Below are positions 12,459 through 22,792 of a stretch of DNA of 64,000 nucleotides, one piece after another. The DNA is from Epiperipatus broadwayi. Its lineage: Eukaryota > Animalia > Onychophora. The translations under genes were made by a program, and so were the position numbers. The notes under the pieces are model-generated. The model worked only from the letters and a program-made list of their open reading frames with translations, ran no database searches and had not been told where the DNA came from. Position 1 is the stretch's first letter. Each line of letters begins with the position of its first letter. The stretch is from assembly GCA_028023455.1 (NCBI GenBank), contig JAQFVV010000002.1, forward strand, positions 27,032,001 through 27,096,000, read 5' to 3'.

Positions 12459-12500
12459 TCCTCACTGATGAAGACCACAAGCCAGAAACTAGTCTGGGGA
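12459..12500 (+). ncRNA. Type I hammerhead, core intact
   Basis: TCCTCA-CTGATGA-A-GAC/cacaa/GCC-A-GAAA-CTAGT-C-TGGGGA; stem I TCCTCA:TGGGGA; palindromic ACTAGT; predicted cleavage after 12494. Confidence 0.75.
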
Positions 12501-12819
12501 TATTGGATGAGTAGACATCAGATAGGGATTTTATGCACAAGCCTTCTGGCATCCATTGATTACTCTGTTTAGCACAGGTGGCAATACTGTATGGAGAGTT
12601 TTGCTCTGTTTATTTTAATATTGGTATTGTTTAAGTGTTGACTGCTTTCCCGTATTTATATATGTAATATTAATTGATTCTTTTAAACCAAATAATTTGA
12701 CTCCATACATAAAGCCACTTGTACTTTTTCTATTGGAGAGCAAATGATTTTTTTGTATTTAAAAATTTTAAATGCTTTTTAAAATGATTTTTTCTAGTGA
12801 GAATCATAAATAAGTAGCA

Positions 12820-13220
12820 GAAATTTTTAGTTTATTCCAAAAGCTCTTTTACAATGTGATAACAAGATAAACTTATTGATAGCATTTTGTTCCTGGCCTA
12901 AATTGAAACTGCTCTAAAAGTAGATGGTTCTCAACCAATGACATAATTTATACTAAGGTGTTTTTCCTAACAGTTTACAAAGAACATATAATAATGATAT
13001 TGGGATATATTTTTTTGGGATTATTGTAAAATTTATTTGGTTTTATAATTACTATAGTTTTTGCTTTCATGACAAATTTTTGAAATAGTTTCTCTATAAA
13101 TAACATTGCAAAACTCACTTTAGTTTTCTGTTCTACATTTTTTAGAAACTCTGAAAGTATGTTATCCACTTTTATAGGTTATTTAGTTTAAGGGAACCAA
13201 GGGCCTTAAAATTCACCAAC
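12820..13220. repeat. Interspersed repeat; a second copy lies at about 42330-42620
   Basis: Shared blocks ttcctggcctaaa, gttctca and tttatttggttt in the same order. Confidence 0.4.
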
Positions 13221-14231
13221 ATGTTTTTAAAAGTTTTTGAATTTAAAAAACATTTACAAATTGAAGCATCATTTATATTTTCATCTTGATTCCAAAATAT
13301 GATTTTATGTTATACAATTTTCATCTAAAGGTTTATGATTATTAAAATAGTCAGATATAGTATCAAAAATTAATTTTAAAATAAAAAATACTATTGTGGG
13401 AGCTCAAAATATGCTTCTTAATTATGTAAAGCATAATCATTAATTATTAAAACTTCAACAAAAAGAGCTATATAAATTAATGAGAAAACTTCTTTAGCCT
13501 CGGGGAGTGTCTTGGCAACATCAAAAGCTAACAATTATCTCTGTTTACATGGATATTATCTCATCATTTCTATTCTATATTGTAACAATCTATGGAAATA
13601 TTTAATCCTTTTACTCATCTACATTTGCAATCAACATTTAACATGAATAAATGAACAAAAATAGTATAAAAGTTAAAAAAAAAATTAATGCATTGAAAAA
13701 AAAGTTTTACAGTCTCTTAGTATAATAAAGAATCTTTTGGTATACATGTAATCCAAGCTTAATTTTTAGAACTTATAGAATAACATTACACCTAGTTTAT
13801 CCTAATGAAAAGATGATATCTCCAAGCCGCCTGCAATGCCATCTCTAATCATTGAATGCGTACATAGCAACAGTTTTACTATTTGCTGCAAATATTTTAA
13901 GATGCTAATATATGTCTGGATCATAAGTTATGACATGAAATGTAACAATGTGGTTCATATCTTTGAGATCATCTTTAACACTCATTCTTGTGATTCATGC
14001 TTCTCTGTTATACATAGAACATTTCAGTAACAGTTTTATCCAATTTAAAACAAAATTAATGCATTATTCCGATAAGCATCACATGATCACCATCTCTTAT
14101 ACTAGCACATAATTGTTTATAAACAAGGCAAATCTCTCCATACAGTAGTGCCACCCTGTGCAACCAGAGTAATCAATGGATGCCAGAAGGCTTGTGCATA
14201 AAATCCCTATCTGATGTCTACTCATCCAATA

Positions 14232-14273
14232 TCCCCAGACTAGTTTCTGGCTTGTGGTCTTCATCAGTGAGGA
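14232..14273 (-). ncRNA. Type I hammerhead, core intact
   Basis: Same sequence as the HHR at 12459-12500. Confidence 0.75.
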
Positions 14274-14596
14274 GCTTTGGATCTGAGAGCACTGCACCTA
14301 GATCTTAGGATCTAATGCAACCCTCCAGCAACCACCTTTTATCTCTACTTAACTATAATACTTGAGAATGAAATTGAAAACACAAAAATAATTTCAATCT
14401 AAGCTCAATAGCTTATATACTCATATGGGTCTGGACTCAGTTCAGCACCCATACATTTTGATGTCTTTGGCTCTTTTTCAACCATAGCCACCACTATCCT
14501 ATTAGGCAGGATTGGTATTAAACCATTAAGCATCACATGATCACCATCTCTTATACTAGCACATAATTGTTTATAAACAAGGCAAAACTCTCCATA

Positions 14597-14632
14597 CTGA
14601 TGAAAGCCACAAGCGAGAAAATAGTCTGGGGA
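14597..14632 (+). ncRNA. Hammerhead lacking the 5' strand of stem I (inversion junction)
   Basis: CTGATGA-A-AGC/cacaa/GCG-A-GAAA-ATAGT-C-TGGGGA. Confidence 0.55.
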
Positions 14633-15589
14633 TATTGGATGAGTAGGCATTAGATAGGGATTTTATGCACAAGCCTTCTGGCATCCATTGATTACTCTGG
14701 TTGGCACAGGGTAGCATTACTGTATGGAGAGTTTTGCCTTGTTTATGAACATTATTCCAATGTTGGTTAAAGTATGAAACGTCATATTTCATGTAAATGA
14801 CATGCTTAGGTTTTAAAATTTTTTTGATGAATAGCTAAATGATATTGTAATGCAACCCATGCATTGATTCAAAGATGGTGTTATAGAAAGTTTGGAAAGA
14901 CAACCTGTCACCACTTATTCAGCTTACATTTAACTAGCCAATTCATTCTCTTTCTCTCTCTCACTCTATTGTAGAAGCCAAAATATTGCTTCTAAAGTAG
15001 AGAAAAATATCACCATTGTCTAAATATAAATTAGTGCATAAGTAATTGTAATATACATCAAAATATCTTAAGATGTCATATGGTGGTTGAAAAGTGAACA
15101 TGTCTGCTAGTCTTTCATGCAGGAGCAATCTCCTAGGACTTTACTGAATTTAAATAATTGAGTTCAAAATATCAATTGGAGATAAATTTTATATTCAACC
15201 AGTCTATTATTATTACTTAATTTTTATGTGTTTAAATAAAAAGAATTTATTATTACTGGGTGCAACTAGTTAATATCAACTCCGAGCAATTATATAAAAG
15301 TCATTTTTCCACAATAACTTATCTATTTTATTTTCCATGTTCTTCAAAAATATAAAACTAAGATAACAGATTCTTTCTGCCTTTTTGATGACAGTATTTG
15401 TATTTCAAGTGAAAATTATTTTATTTATTACTGGCACCATATTTATGTCTTCACAACCATCATAATTCAAAATCATCAATACATTTCTTATCCTTCTTCA
15501 TCATTCACAGAGTTACTCAAAATATCATCATAAATATTATTTTTTGTTTCTAAAGACAAATAAAATTATACAAATATAAAATGGTGTTA

Positions 15590-15840
15590 CTTTTACTGGC
15601 ATCATTATCATTTTCAACCATTATCAATCTGCTGCAGGATGAAGATCTCTCTAAGTTAAATCCATCATCTCTAATCTCTAGCCTTTCTTCTCCACATCAT
15701 CCCAGCACACTTCCTTATTTAATACATACATCTCACATATGGTCTCTTTCTAGATCTTTTACAATCTTTTGGAATCTAGATTAAGATTTCAACTATCCAT
15801 CTATTATCATCTTTTCTAACAATGTGACCATAGATAAATT
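15590..15840 (-). mobile_element. RTE-like LINE 3' end fragment
   Basis: KRSRKRPYVRC-like (GRPxxRW) region; homologous to 20740-20915. Confidence 0.55.
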
Positions 15841-16192
15841 ATAATTTTTTTACCTTTTATGTTCTGCATGATTTAGTGCAGTGGTAGAACATCAGACTAT
15901 GGAGCAAAACATTCTTGAATTGATTCCAGTTCTGGAATTTGGTGCTCAAACTTATGAACTTCTGAACAATAAAGCCATTCAGTAATTTATTTATTTATGA
16001 TAACTTTTCATAGATATTTTTCATGTATATTATATAATATAGTTAAAACAAGAATTACGATAAAAAATATACAGAAGCTTATGAAATACATGGGGTATAT
16101 GAGCACAGACTTTCACACAACCCACCACCCTCCACATTATCTCATAACACTGACACACTTGAACACATATATGTTGAAAAGACAAATAATCG

Positions 16193-16234
16193 CCAATATA
16201 TGTATTTCATGCTAAACCAGTAATCATCAGTTGG
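16193..16234 (-). ncRNA. Isolated hammerhead relic
   Basis: CCAA-CTGATGA-T-TAC/tggttta/GCA-T-GAAA-TACATAT-A-TTGG; stem I CCAA:TTGG; stem III one change from the palindrome ATACGTAT. Confidence 0.45.
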
Positions 16235-16962
16235 TCCAGATTCTTTACACATACATGTTATAAGTGCTCAGATATATATTAACATAGCCAATCCTCATAC
16301 TTTAATGGACAGGCTTCAATCTACTCCACACTCCAACTCTTCAACCATCCATCCAATTGAAAATCTGATGATGGAATGCTCAAAGGCACCCTAAGGCTGA
16401 GATTCTTGTCACGCCCATGTTGGCCTAAGGTCAATCTGACCCCTCATGTATAGGACATAATCCATTTAATACATATACAAGGGATGGGTAGACATCTCTT
16501 CTATGTAATAACTGAAATACACAGGCTTATTATATATCTGTGTCTATATACTGTGTCTATATATGTAATATATAGGGTATATGAAGTAAAAAATAAAAGT
16601 ATTAATAAAATGCTATATTAAAACAAAATTGAAAGCAATGAATTGTTGAATAAAGGTCAGTAGAATAATTTTAATTTTAATGTATATTTAGAGACAAAGC
16701 ATAAATATTTTAAAAGAATCCTTCTTAAACAAAAAAAAGAGAAAAAGTTACAATAAATATTAAGCAATAAAAAGTAAATTATATTTATGATATAAAATCA
16801 TTAAAGCATCACATGATCACCATTTCCTCCTATGATTATACAAGCTGTTATAACAGTAGAAAACTCTCCATACTGTAGTGCCACCCAATGCAAACCTTAG
16901 TAATCAATGAATGCATGAAGGTTTGTGCATAAAATCCCTATCTAGTGCCTATTCATCCAATA

Positions 16963-17003
16963 TCCCCAGACTAGTTTCTAGCTCATTCTTTCATCAGTGA
17001 GAA
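16963..17003 (-). ncRNA. Type I hammerhead, core intact
   Basis: TTCTCA-CTGATGA-A-AG/aatgag/CT-A-GAAA-CTAGT-C-TGGGGA. Confidence 0.7.
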
Positions 17004-17073
17004 GTCTTGGATCTGATGCTGGAGTGTTGCATTAGATCTTAAGGTCTAGGTGCAGTGCTCTCAAATCCTAGGC

Positions 17074-17112
17074 TCCTCACTGATGAAAGTTACCTAGAAA
17101 TTAGTCTGGGGC
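17074..17112 (+). ncRNA. Type I hammerhead, shortened stem II
   Basis: TCCTCA-CTGATGA-A-AG/ttac/CT-A-GAAA-TTAGT-C-TGGGGC. Confidence 0.65.
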
Positions 17113-17335
17113 TATTGGACAATTAGGCACTAGATAGGGATTTTATGCACAAATCTTCTTGCATCCAGAATTATTAAGTCTTGCTGTGGGTGGCACTACT
17201 TATATGGAAAGTTTGCTACATATTTATGATAAGAAAAAAAATAAAGCATGAGAAAAATGTAAAATAGTATGCAAACTTATTACAACATTGTATTTAAAAA
17301 ATGGTTTATTAAAAATGCAAGATAAATGATGATAC

Positions 17336-17515
17336 CTTTATACTTAGAAATCCAAACTGCTGGTCCACAGTTCTTTAAAAAAGAGTTAGAACTATGTAAT
17401 GGGTGAGTATTTGGGCCACGAATCCAATATTTTTTATTATATTTGATGAAAACCTTAGGCAAAATCCATTCTTGAGGAGTCATATTAGTGAGCTTTGGCA
17501 AAATATAAAAAATTG
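17336..17515 (-). CDS. Internal exon (NFLYLPKLTNMTPQEWILPKVFIKYNKKYWIRGPNTHPLHSSNSFLKNCGPAVWISKYK)
   Basis: Poly-T...tag acceptor, AAAG|gtatc donor; 180 nt open, phase 1 to 1, compatible with the 3835 exon. Confidence 0.65.
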
Positions 17516-17650
17516 TCTAAAAAAAAAAAACAACAACTGAATAATGTGTGTGTATGTGCATATATACAAAAGAATTATTGATTACTGAAGTGCATACAAG
17601 TATGTGTTTGTATACCTCATTAATGAATTACTTCTTCAATTTGTCTAGAT

Positions 17651-19293
17651 CAGAGACGAGGAACATTTTTTTCTGCCAAGTACCATTTGATATTTATAAT
17701 ATCATTCACAGCCATACGAAATTATTGACTTAAATATTAGCCTGCCATATTTGATCAAGAATTTAATTTATCCCTAATTATTAAAGATGGCACCCTTTTC
17801 AACTGGAAAGCCAATTTTAACTTTTCCTTTTTAAATGAGGGTTATAATTTTTTTGTGAATTAAAACTAAAGTATTATCCTTATTAATGATTGTTCCATAT
17901 TTAATGACAATTTAATAATTTGCCTTGTAACTGTTTTTCGACATAATTATATTCTGGAATTTTTTATCTTCTGGGTAGATTAATTCTACAGCAGCTAGAA
18001 AACAGTCTTTTGTAAACTCCCCTTCAGAAAAGGATTTTGAATTTTCTGCCTTTTTTAAAAATAATGTACCTTGTTTCCACAGAATTTTCTGATGTATTTA
18101 TACTTTTTATAAAATATGTCAGCTACTTGATGAAGAGCTCTTCCAAGTTTTCTATTTTAATATTTATTTCTTCCTCGATAATTTTGTTATAATCAGAACA
18201 TTTTAATAAATAATGCCTCTTAATATTGTGTTATTTATTAATTGAAATATTTTCTAGATAATTGAAATATTTTCTAGATATATCAAGCAAATCAATTGAC
18301 TATTTCTTTCTATTAAAAAAACATGCAATGGCTTGTTTCTTTTGAAATGCCTGATTTTCTGTACCAAATTTTCTTATTTTGCTTGGTGCAGCCATCCTAG
18401 TAAAGAAATTAAATGCAAAATAATAATAATAAAATGAATATAGTTTGTCTGTGAAAATCACTATTGTAATATATGCAGTTTAAATTAAACGTACATACAA
18501 AATTATCTTTATTCTAAAATATTATTTTATTGTTAAATCTTTAAATTTTGCTACTAATATTCTAATCATAGACGTTAGCTTGAAATGCAATCAATTGTAA
18601 CAAACTAATTAAACAGATAACGAAGGAATTTAATTAGCAAAACCCAATCTAATTAAATCCCACCTTAATTTATAAGTTACTCCAGAAAACAAAAGAAAGA
18701 AAACATATAAAAGGGAGGCCATTTTTGAAAAGATCAACAGAGTGAGTACAGAGCGTTTTAAGTGAATTAGAGCAGAGCATTAGTTGCAAAGAACAGCGTG
18801 GAAATTGCGTATTACCCTCATGGGGAAAGAAGAAAAGTCAGACGTAGAAACTATACGTTCAGAATTATCGTGCGAGTATTCGTTATCGTGTGTTCATAGT
18901 GTATTTTTCTAACACAGCTGGGCGGGAATTAGAACTTTGTATAAACTGTAAATCAGTTAGTATCGATCTGTTTTGAGAATTAAACCAACTAGTTCGCAAA
19001 TTAACTTTTGTGTGCAGTAATTGAAGAGTCAATATACTGCAACTATAAAAACAACAAATGCCCTCAGATTAAATCCATAGTCAGATAGACCACCCAATAT
19101 ATTTTTTTTGGAATATTGCATCTCTGACAGAATAAACTAGAACTATTATAAAGATTGGAAAGAGACAATAAATATTTAAATAGCAGTTTTATACAGAATC
19201 ATTTTATATAAATTTTTAAATATGTCCAATGGCCAGATTAAAAGCTTTCAATGGGCCAGATTTGTCCCATGAGCCTGAAGTTCCCCACTTCTA
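17651..19293 (-). mobile_element. Internally deleted hAT transposon (SPIN/Charlie, GTF2IRD2-like transposase)
   Basis: Ends cagagacgaggaac / ttccccacttcta; 8 bp TSD gtctagat / gtctaaat; peptides MAAPSKIRKFGTENQAFQKK and KSFSEGEFTKDCFLAAVELIYP. Confidence 0.85.
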
Positions 19294-20185
19294 GTCTAAA
19301 TAAAGTGTTTTATAATTATCTGAATGAAGCATAAATATTCTCAAAATACTTTTATTAATTATTTGTTACTCAAAACAACATTTATATAATGTTCCTAAAT
19401 TTAAAAAAAAGTTTGAATTAATCATCGAATATATCAAGAATATGCATATAAATAATAAAATTTTATAAGTTTAAACTGAAAGAACTTATAAATTCGGTTA
19501 TATCGATGACTACAACTATTCAGCTCTTATGAATCTTTATAACCACAACAAAATAACTATTTTTAAGCAAAATATAGCCAATGGAAGAAAATATTAAAAT
19601 GTGCAAAATAGGTTAGAATAATTTGTGACATTTCCAACTTTAATGTGACTGTATGACTTCAGAAAAAAAAAAAATATTATGTCAAATTCCATATTTCAAA
19701 AATGGCAATTAAAAATATGGTTAATATAAATTCGTAGGTTTTGTCATCTTAATTTTTTTAAACAAATTAATTTTCATTAATTCTTTTTAGTGCTTTTATA
19801 TTTTTAACTTTGTATTTCAATATTATCTTTTGCATTCATGCCAAAAACATAAATCTGGAATCTCCAATCTTTCAAATGAATAGATATTTTTATTTGATTT
19901 TTTTTTTCTAAATTAAATATAAAAATCTTTTCTAAATCAAAAACTTATGCTGAATGTGATTAAAATTATAAACAATTATTTATTTATTATTTTATTTCTT
20001 TTCTAAGGAATTGTAATAGAGAGATAACCCTGATTATCACTGATAGTACTTTCCTGTTTTTGCCATTCAATTAAAACAATTTATTCTAACATCTCATTAC
20101 TCAAAGCTAAATTTTTATTAAAATTCAGTCGAGTTTCTTAAATACAGAATGAACAAAATTATATTTTTTTTCCTCATATGTCATA

Positions 20186-20271
20186 GCATCGTCCGGGAGG
20201 CGAACCCACAACCGTCTGCAACCAACTACTTGCTTGCAAGGCAGCTGCGGTGACCTCTCAGCTAACAACGC
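20186..20271 (-). mobile_element. tRNA-derived SINE head / tRNA pseudogene (Ala-TGC-like)
   Basis: Acceptor stem GCGTTGT:ACGATGC, A box TAGCTGAGAGG, B box GGTTCGCCTCC, CTTGCAA loop; short tail and A-run follow. Confidence 0.6.
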
Positions 20272-20599
20272 TTGTTCTTACTTTTTTAAAAAAAAATAAA
20301 ATAATTTATTCTCATTTTGAAATATTATTTTGGAATATCTATGTATATTATATGGATTGCAAATAAATATCATTTCATAATTATTGCAAATATGTACAGA
20401 TTTTTTCCTGAATTAATTATCTTAATTTAAATTTACTCTAGAAAAATCTACACACACGAATAGTAAGAATTTGCAATTAAAATAAGTAGACTTTTGCAAA
20501 AATTAACCATTTACATGAAATAAATTGAATATATAAAAAAAAGCAGTCAGAAATTAAGAGTGAGCAGTAACATAACCATAAGAAGATAGTAGCAATGTG

Positions 20600-20915
20600 A
20601 TATCTAATTAGTGTCTTAAAAGTGTATTGTGCCAGGCAAGTACAAAAGAAATCTTTGAGAGAGATGATCCATTTATGGAAATAATAATATAGTCACTTAA
20701 AACCAAGTATTGAATTGCCCAAAGAGTTTTTCCTAAAAGCATATCAACATCATCATTGTCAACCATTATCAATCCACTACAGGATGAAGGTCTCTCCAAT
20801 TCAATCCAATTTCTCTAATCTTTAGTCTGTCTTATCCACATCATCCTTGCATACTTTATTTCATCCATCCATCTCACATGTGGTCTCTTTCTGGATCTTT
20901 TACAATCTCTTGAAT
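20600..20915 (-). mobile_element. RTE-like LINE 3' end fragment
   Basis: KRSRKRPHVRWMDEIK...W..LERPSSCSG. Confidence 0.6.
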
Positions 20916-20916
20916 C

Positions 20917-21675
20917 GGTTTGTGCATAAAATCCCTATCATCTACTCATCCATCATCCCCAGACTAGTATCTAGCTTGTGACATTGCATCTAGATCTTAG
21001 GATCCAATGCCACCTTTTAGCAGCCATTTTTTACTTATTTGGTTAACTAGGATTCCAAGATGAAAACACCATAATGCTCCAACCCAAACTTGTATAGTCA
21101 TATAGATTTGAACTCAGTTCAGCATCTATACATTTTGGTTGTCTTTGGTTTTTCAAAAACCATAGTTACCATTATCCTATGAGCAGGATACTTATAAAAC
21201 CATCAAAACATCACACGATTACCATTTCATATGCTTACACATGCTGTTAATAAGAGTACAAAACTCTCCATACAGTAGTGCCACCAAGTGCAAGCCTTTG
21301 TAATCAATGGATGCTGGAAGGTTTATGCTTAAGATCCCTATCTAGTACTTACTCATTCAACATTCCCAAAAGGGTTTCTAGCTTGTGGCTTTCATCAGTG
21401 AGGAGCCTTGGATGTGAGAGCACTGCATCTAGATCTTAGGATCCGATGCCACCCTCCAGCAGCCATCTTTTACCTATTTGATTAACCTCCAGCAGCCATC
21501 TTTTACCTATTTGATTAACTATAAAGCTATGAGTAAGTACTAGACAGGGATTTTATGCACAAACATTCCTGCATTCAATGATTTCAGAGGCTTGCACTTG
21601 GTGGCACTAGTATATAAAGAGTTTGGTATTCTTATTAACAGCATGTGTAAGCATATGAAATGGTGATCATGTAAT
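20917..21675. mobile_element. Family A copy A4, head-to-head (minus arm to about 21535, plus arm about 21531-21675)
   Basis: One HHR with the core deleted (about 20956-20982), one with a mutated stem III (21364-21404); internal tandem duplication of about 33 bp at 21453-21518; no TSD seen. Confidence 0.8.
21364..21404 (-). ncRNA. Hammerhead relic, cleavage site mutated
   Basis: TCCTCA-CTGATGA-A-AGC/cacaa/GCT-A-GAAA-CCCTTT-TGGGAA. Confidence 0.55.
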
Positions 21676-22096
21676 ATGCATATATGTGTTAAAAGACTTT
21701 GTAATTCAAACACATAATGTTGTTTATAATAATATCTTGAGTGTGCGAAAAGTTAAACACACAACTAGAAGATAAATAATGGAGACTATATTTATTTTTT
21801 TATGAAATTCCAATCTATTTATTACTTTTTAATCTTATTTATTATTGTTAAATAAATTGCTTTTTTGCTACAAAACTTCTGTTAAATTTATTTCAAATAA
21901 TTGATGCTCTCCTGACTGAGATAAAATTAAATACCCTTGGGATATAGCACATTCACTGTAAAAAAGAAAAAAACTTTATTTTTTTAATATTCCTTCATTC
22001 CAAACCAAAGGATAGAAAGATTTAAAAATAATAGTTTTATTATTGTTCATATTTCATATACTAAAAAATTGTATTTAGAAAAAAAAAAAAAATTAC

Positions 22097-22178
22097 CTCA
22101 ATATCATAATGTTCCAATGGATTAAAAACAGTAAAATAAAAATCTTCCAGTAATTTTCTCAAATTTCTGACGGCATTA
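22097..22178 (-). CDS. Internal exon (NAVRNLRKLLEDFYFTVFNPLEHYDIE)
   Basis: tttcag acceptor, GAG|gtaatt donor; phase 2 to 0; 51 nt intron to the upstream exon. Confidence 0.6.
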
Positions 22179-22229
22179 CTGAAAAAATAAAATAATTGCA
22201 TATATTCAAAAAATAGAATTCTGTGTTAC

Positions 22230-22342
22230 CAATCAAATCTTACAAATTTGTGATGCATTCTACCACAGCTTGAGTTATCACTCACTATAAAATATCTCTC
22301 AGACCAATTTGTCTCACTATACATATAATTCTTGAGGAATAC
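22230..22342 (-). CDS. Internal exon (VFLKNYMYSETNWSERYFIVSDNSSCGRMHHKFVRFD(C))
   Basis: atttag acceptor, TG|gtaac donor; phase 0 to 2, matching the next exon. Confidence 0.6.
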
Positions 22343-22471
22343 CTAAATATTCACAGAAATGATGTTTAATTTTTTTCTGTTTATATGTCTTCATTACAAA
22401 GATTTGATTTTGGAGTTTGAATGTTTTAGCAATTGGTGATATAAATATCTGATACATTATATCCACATTAC

Positions 22472-22584
22472 AACATCCAGTGAAACAGAACTATGACGTT
22501 GCAAAAAATTCACATGTATTAAATTAACTAAAGATTTGCAATCAATGAAATCTTTCAGATTTGAGATACATTCTCTTAGTCGAC
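22472..22584 (-). CDS. Internal exon (RLRECISNLKDFIDCKSLVNLIHVNFLQRHSSVSLDV)
   Basis: catcag acceptor, GTT|gtaat donor; phase 1 to 0, in frame with the downstream exon. Confidence 0.5.
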
Positions 22585-22729
22585 CTGATGGATGATAGGT
22601 TTCTCATAAAATAAATCTATAATAAAAAGGAGAAGTTTTAAAAACAATAATAGTTAAACATTAATCAAGTTTGGAACAGTATGTTGTAAGTTTGAAAGAT
22701 TGGAGTGGTTATGGATATTTATCAGGCAC

Positions 22730-22792
22730 ATGAATGCAGGGTCTTATTTTTGTTCCACTGGGTGTTGTAATGTGCATACAAACTTCCTCCAT
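22730..22792 (-). CDS. Candidate exon ((D)GGSLYAHYNTQWNKNKTLHS)
   Basis: attag acceptor, weak gtgcct donor; phase 1 to 1 fits the exon chain. Confidence 0.35.

Larger units (their letters stand above)
11987..12615 (+). mobile_element. Family A HHR retrozyme-like element, copy A1 (short inverted piece plus 1.3 monomers)
   Basis: HHRs 444 bp apart (12021, 12465); 11987-12022 is the inverse of about 12187-12223; TSD taatattggtattg at 11973-11986 / 12616-12629. Confidence 0.85.
14074..14749. mobile_element. Family A copy A2, head-to-head (minus arm 14074-14597, plus arm 14597-14749)
   Basis: 454 bp period within the minus arm; TSD cattattcc(g/a)at at 14062-14073 / 14750-14761. Confidence 0.85.
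16793..17219. mobile_element. Family A copy A3, head-to-head, one HHR per arm
   Basis: Minus arm to about 17013, plus arm from about 17017; TSD atatttatgata at 16781-16792 / 17220-17231. Confidence 0.8.

Noticed and set aside
14097-14792. ORFs 14097-14297, 14405-14650 and 14571-14792 as proteins
   Set aside because: They are chance frames across family A copies; other copies have stops and indels at different places.
16365-16400. CTGATGATGG as a hammerhead
   Set aside because: No GAAA and no convincing stem II or stem III.
11973-17231. Repeats as a CRISPR array or prokaryotic element
   Set aside because: No regular repeat-spacer structure and no cas genes; the context is eukaryotic and spliced.
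17651-17730. SIISYGCE reading as a LINE remnant
   Set aside because: Better explained as the hAT terminus, with a matching TSD.
20186-20271. Functional tRNA-Ala gene
   Set aside because: Bulged anticodon stem, mismatched T stem, aberrant variable region and a SINE-like tail.
21935-21955. 21 nt microexon with good splice sites
   Set aside because: Splicing from the phase-0 exon at 22097 gives an immediate TGA; it cannot be placed without RNA data.
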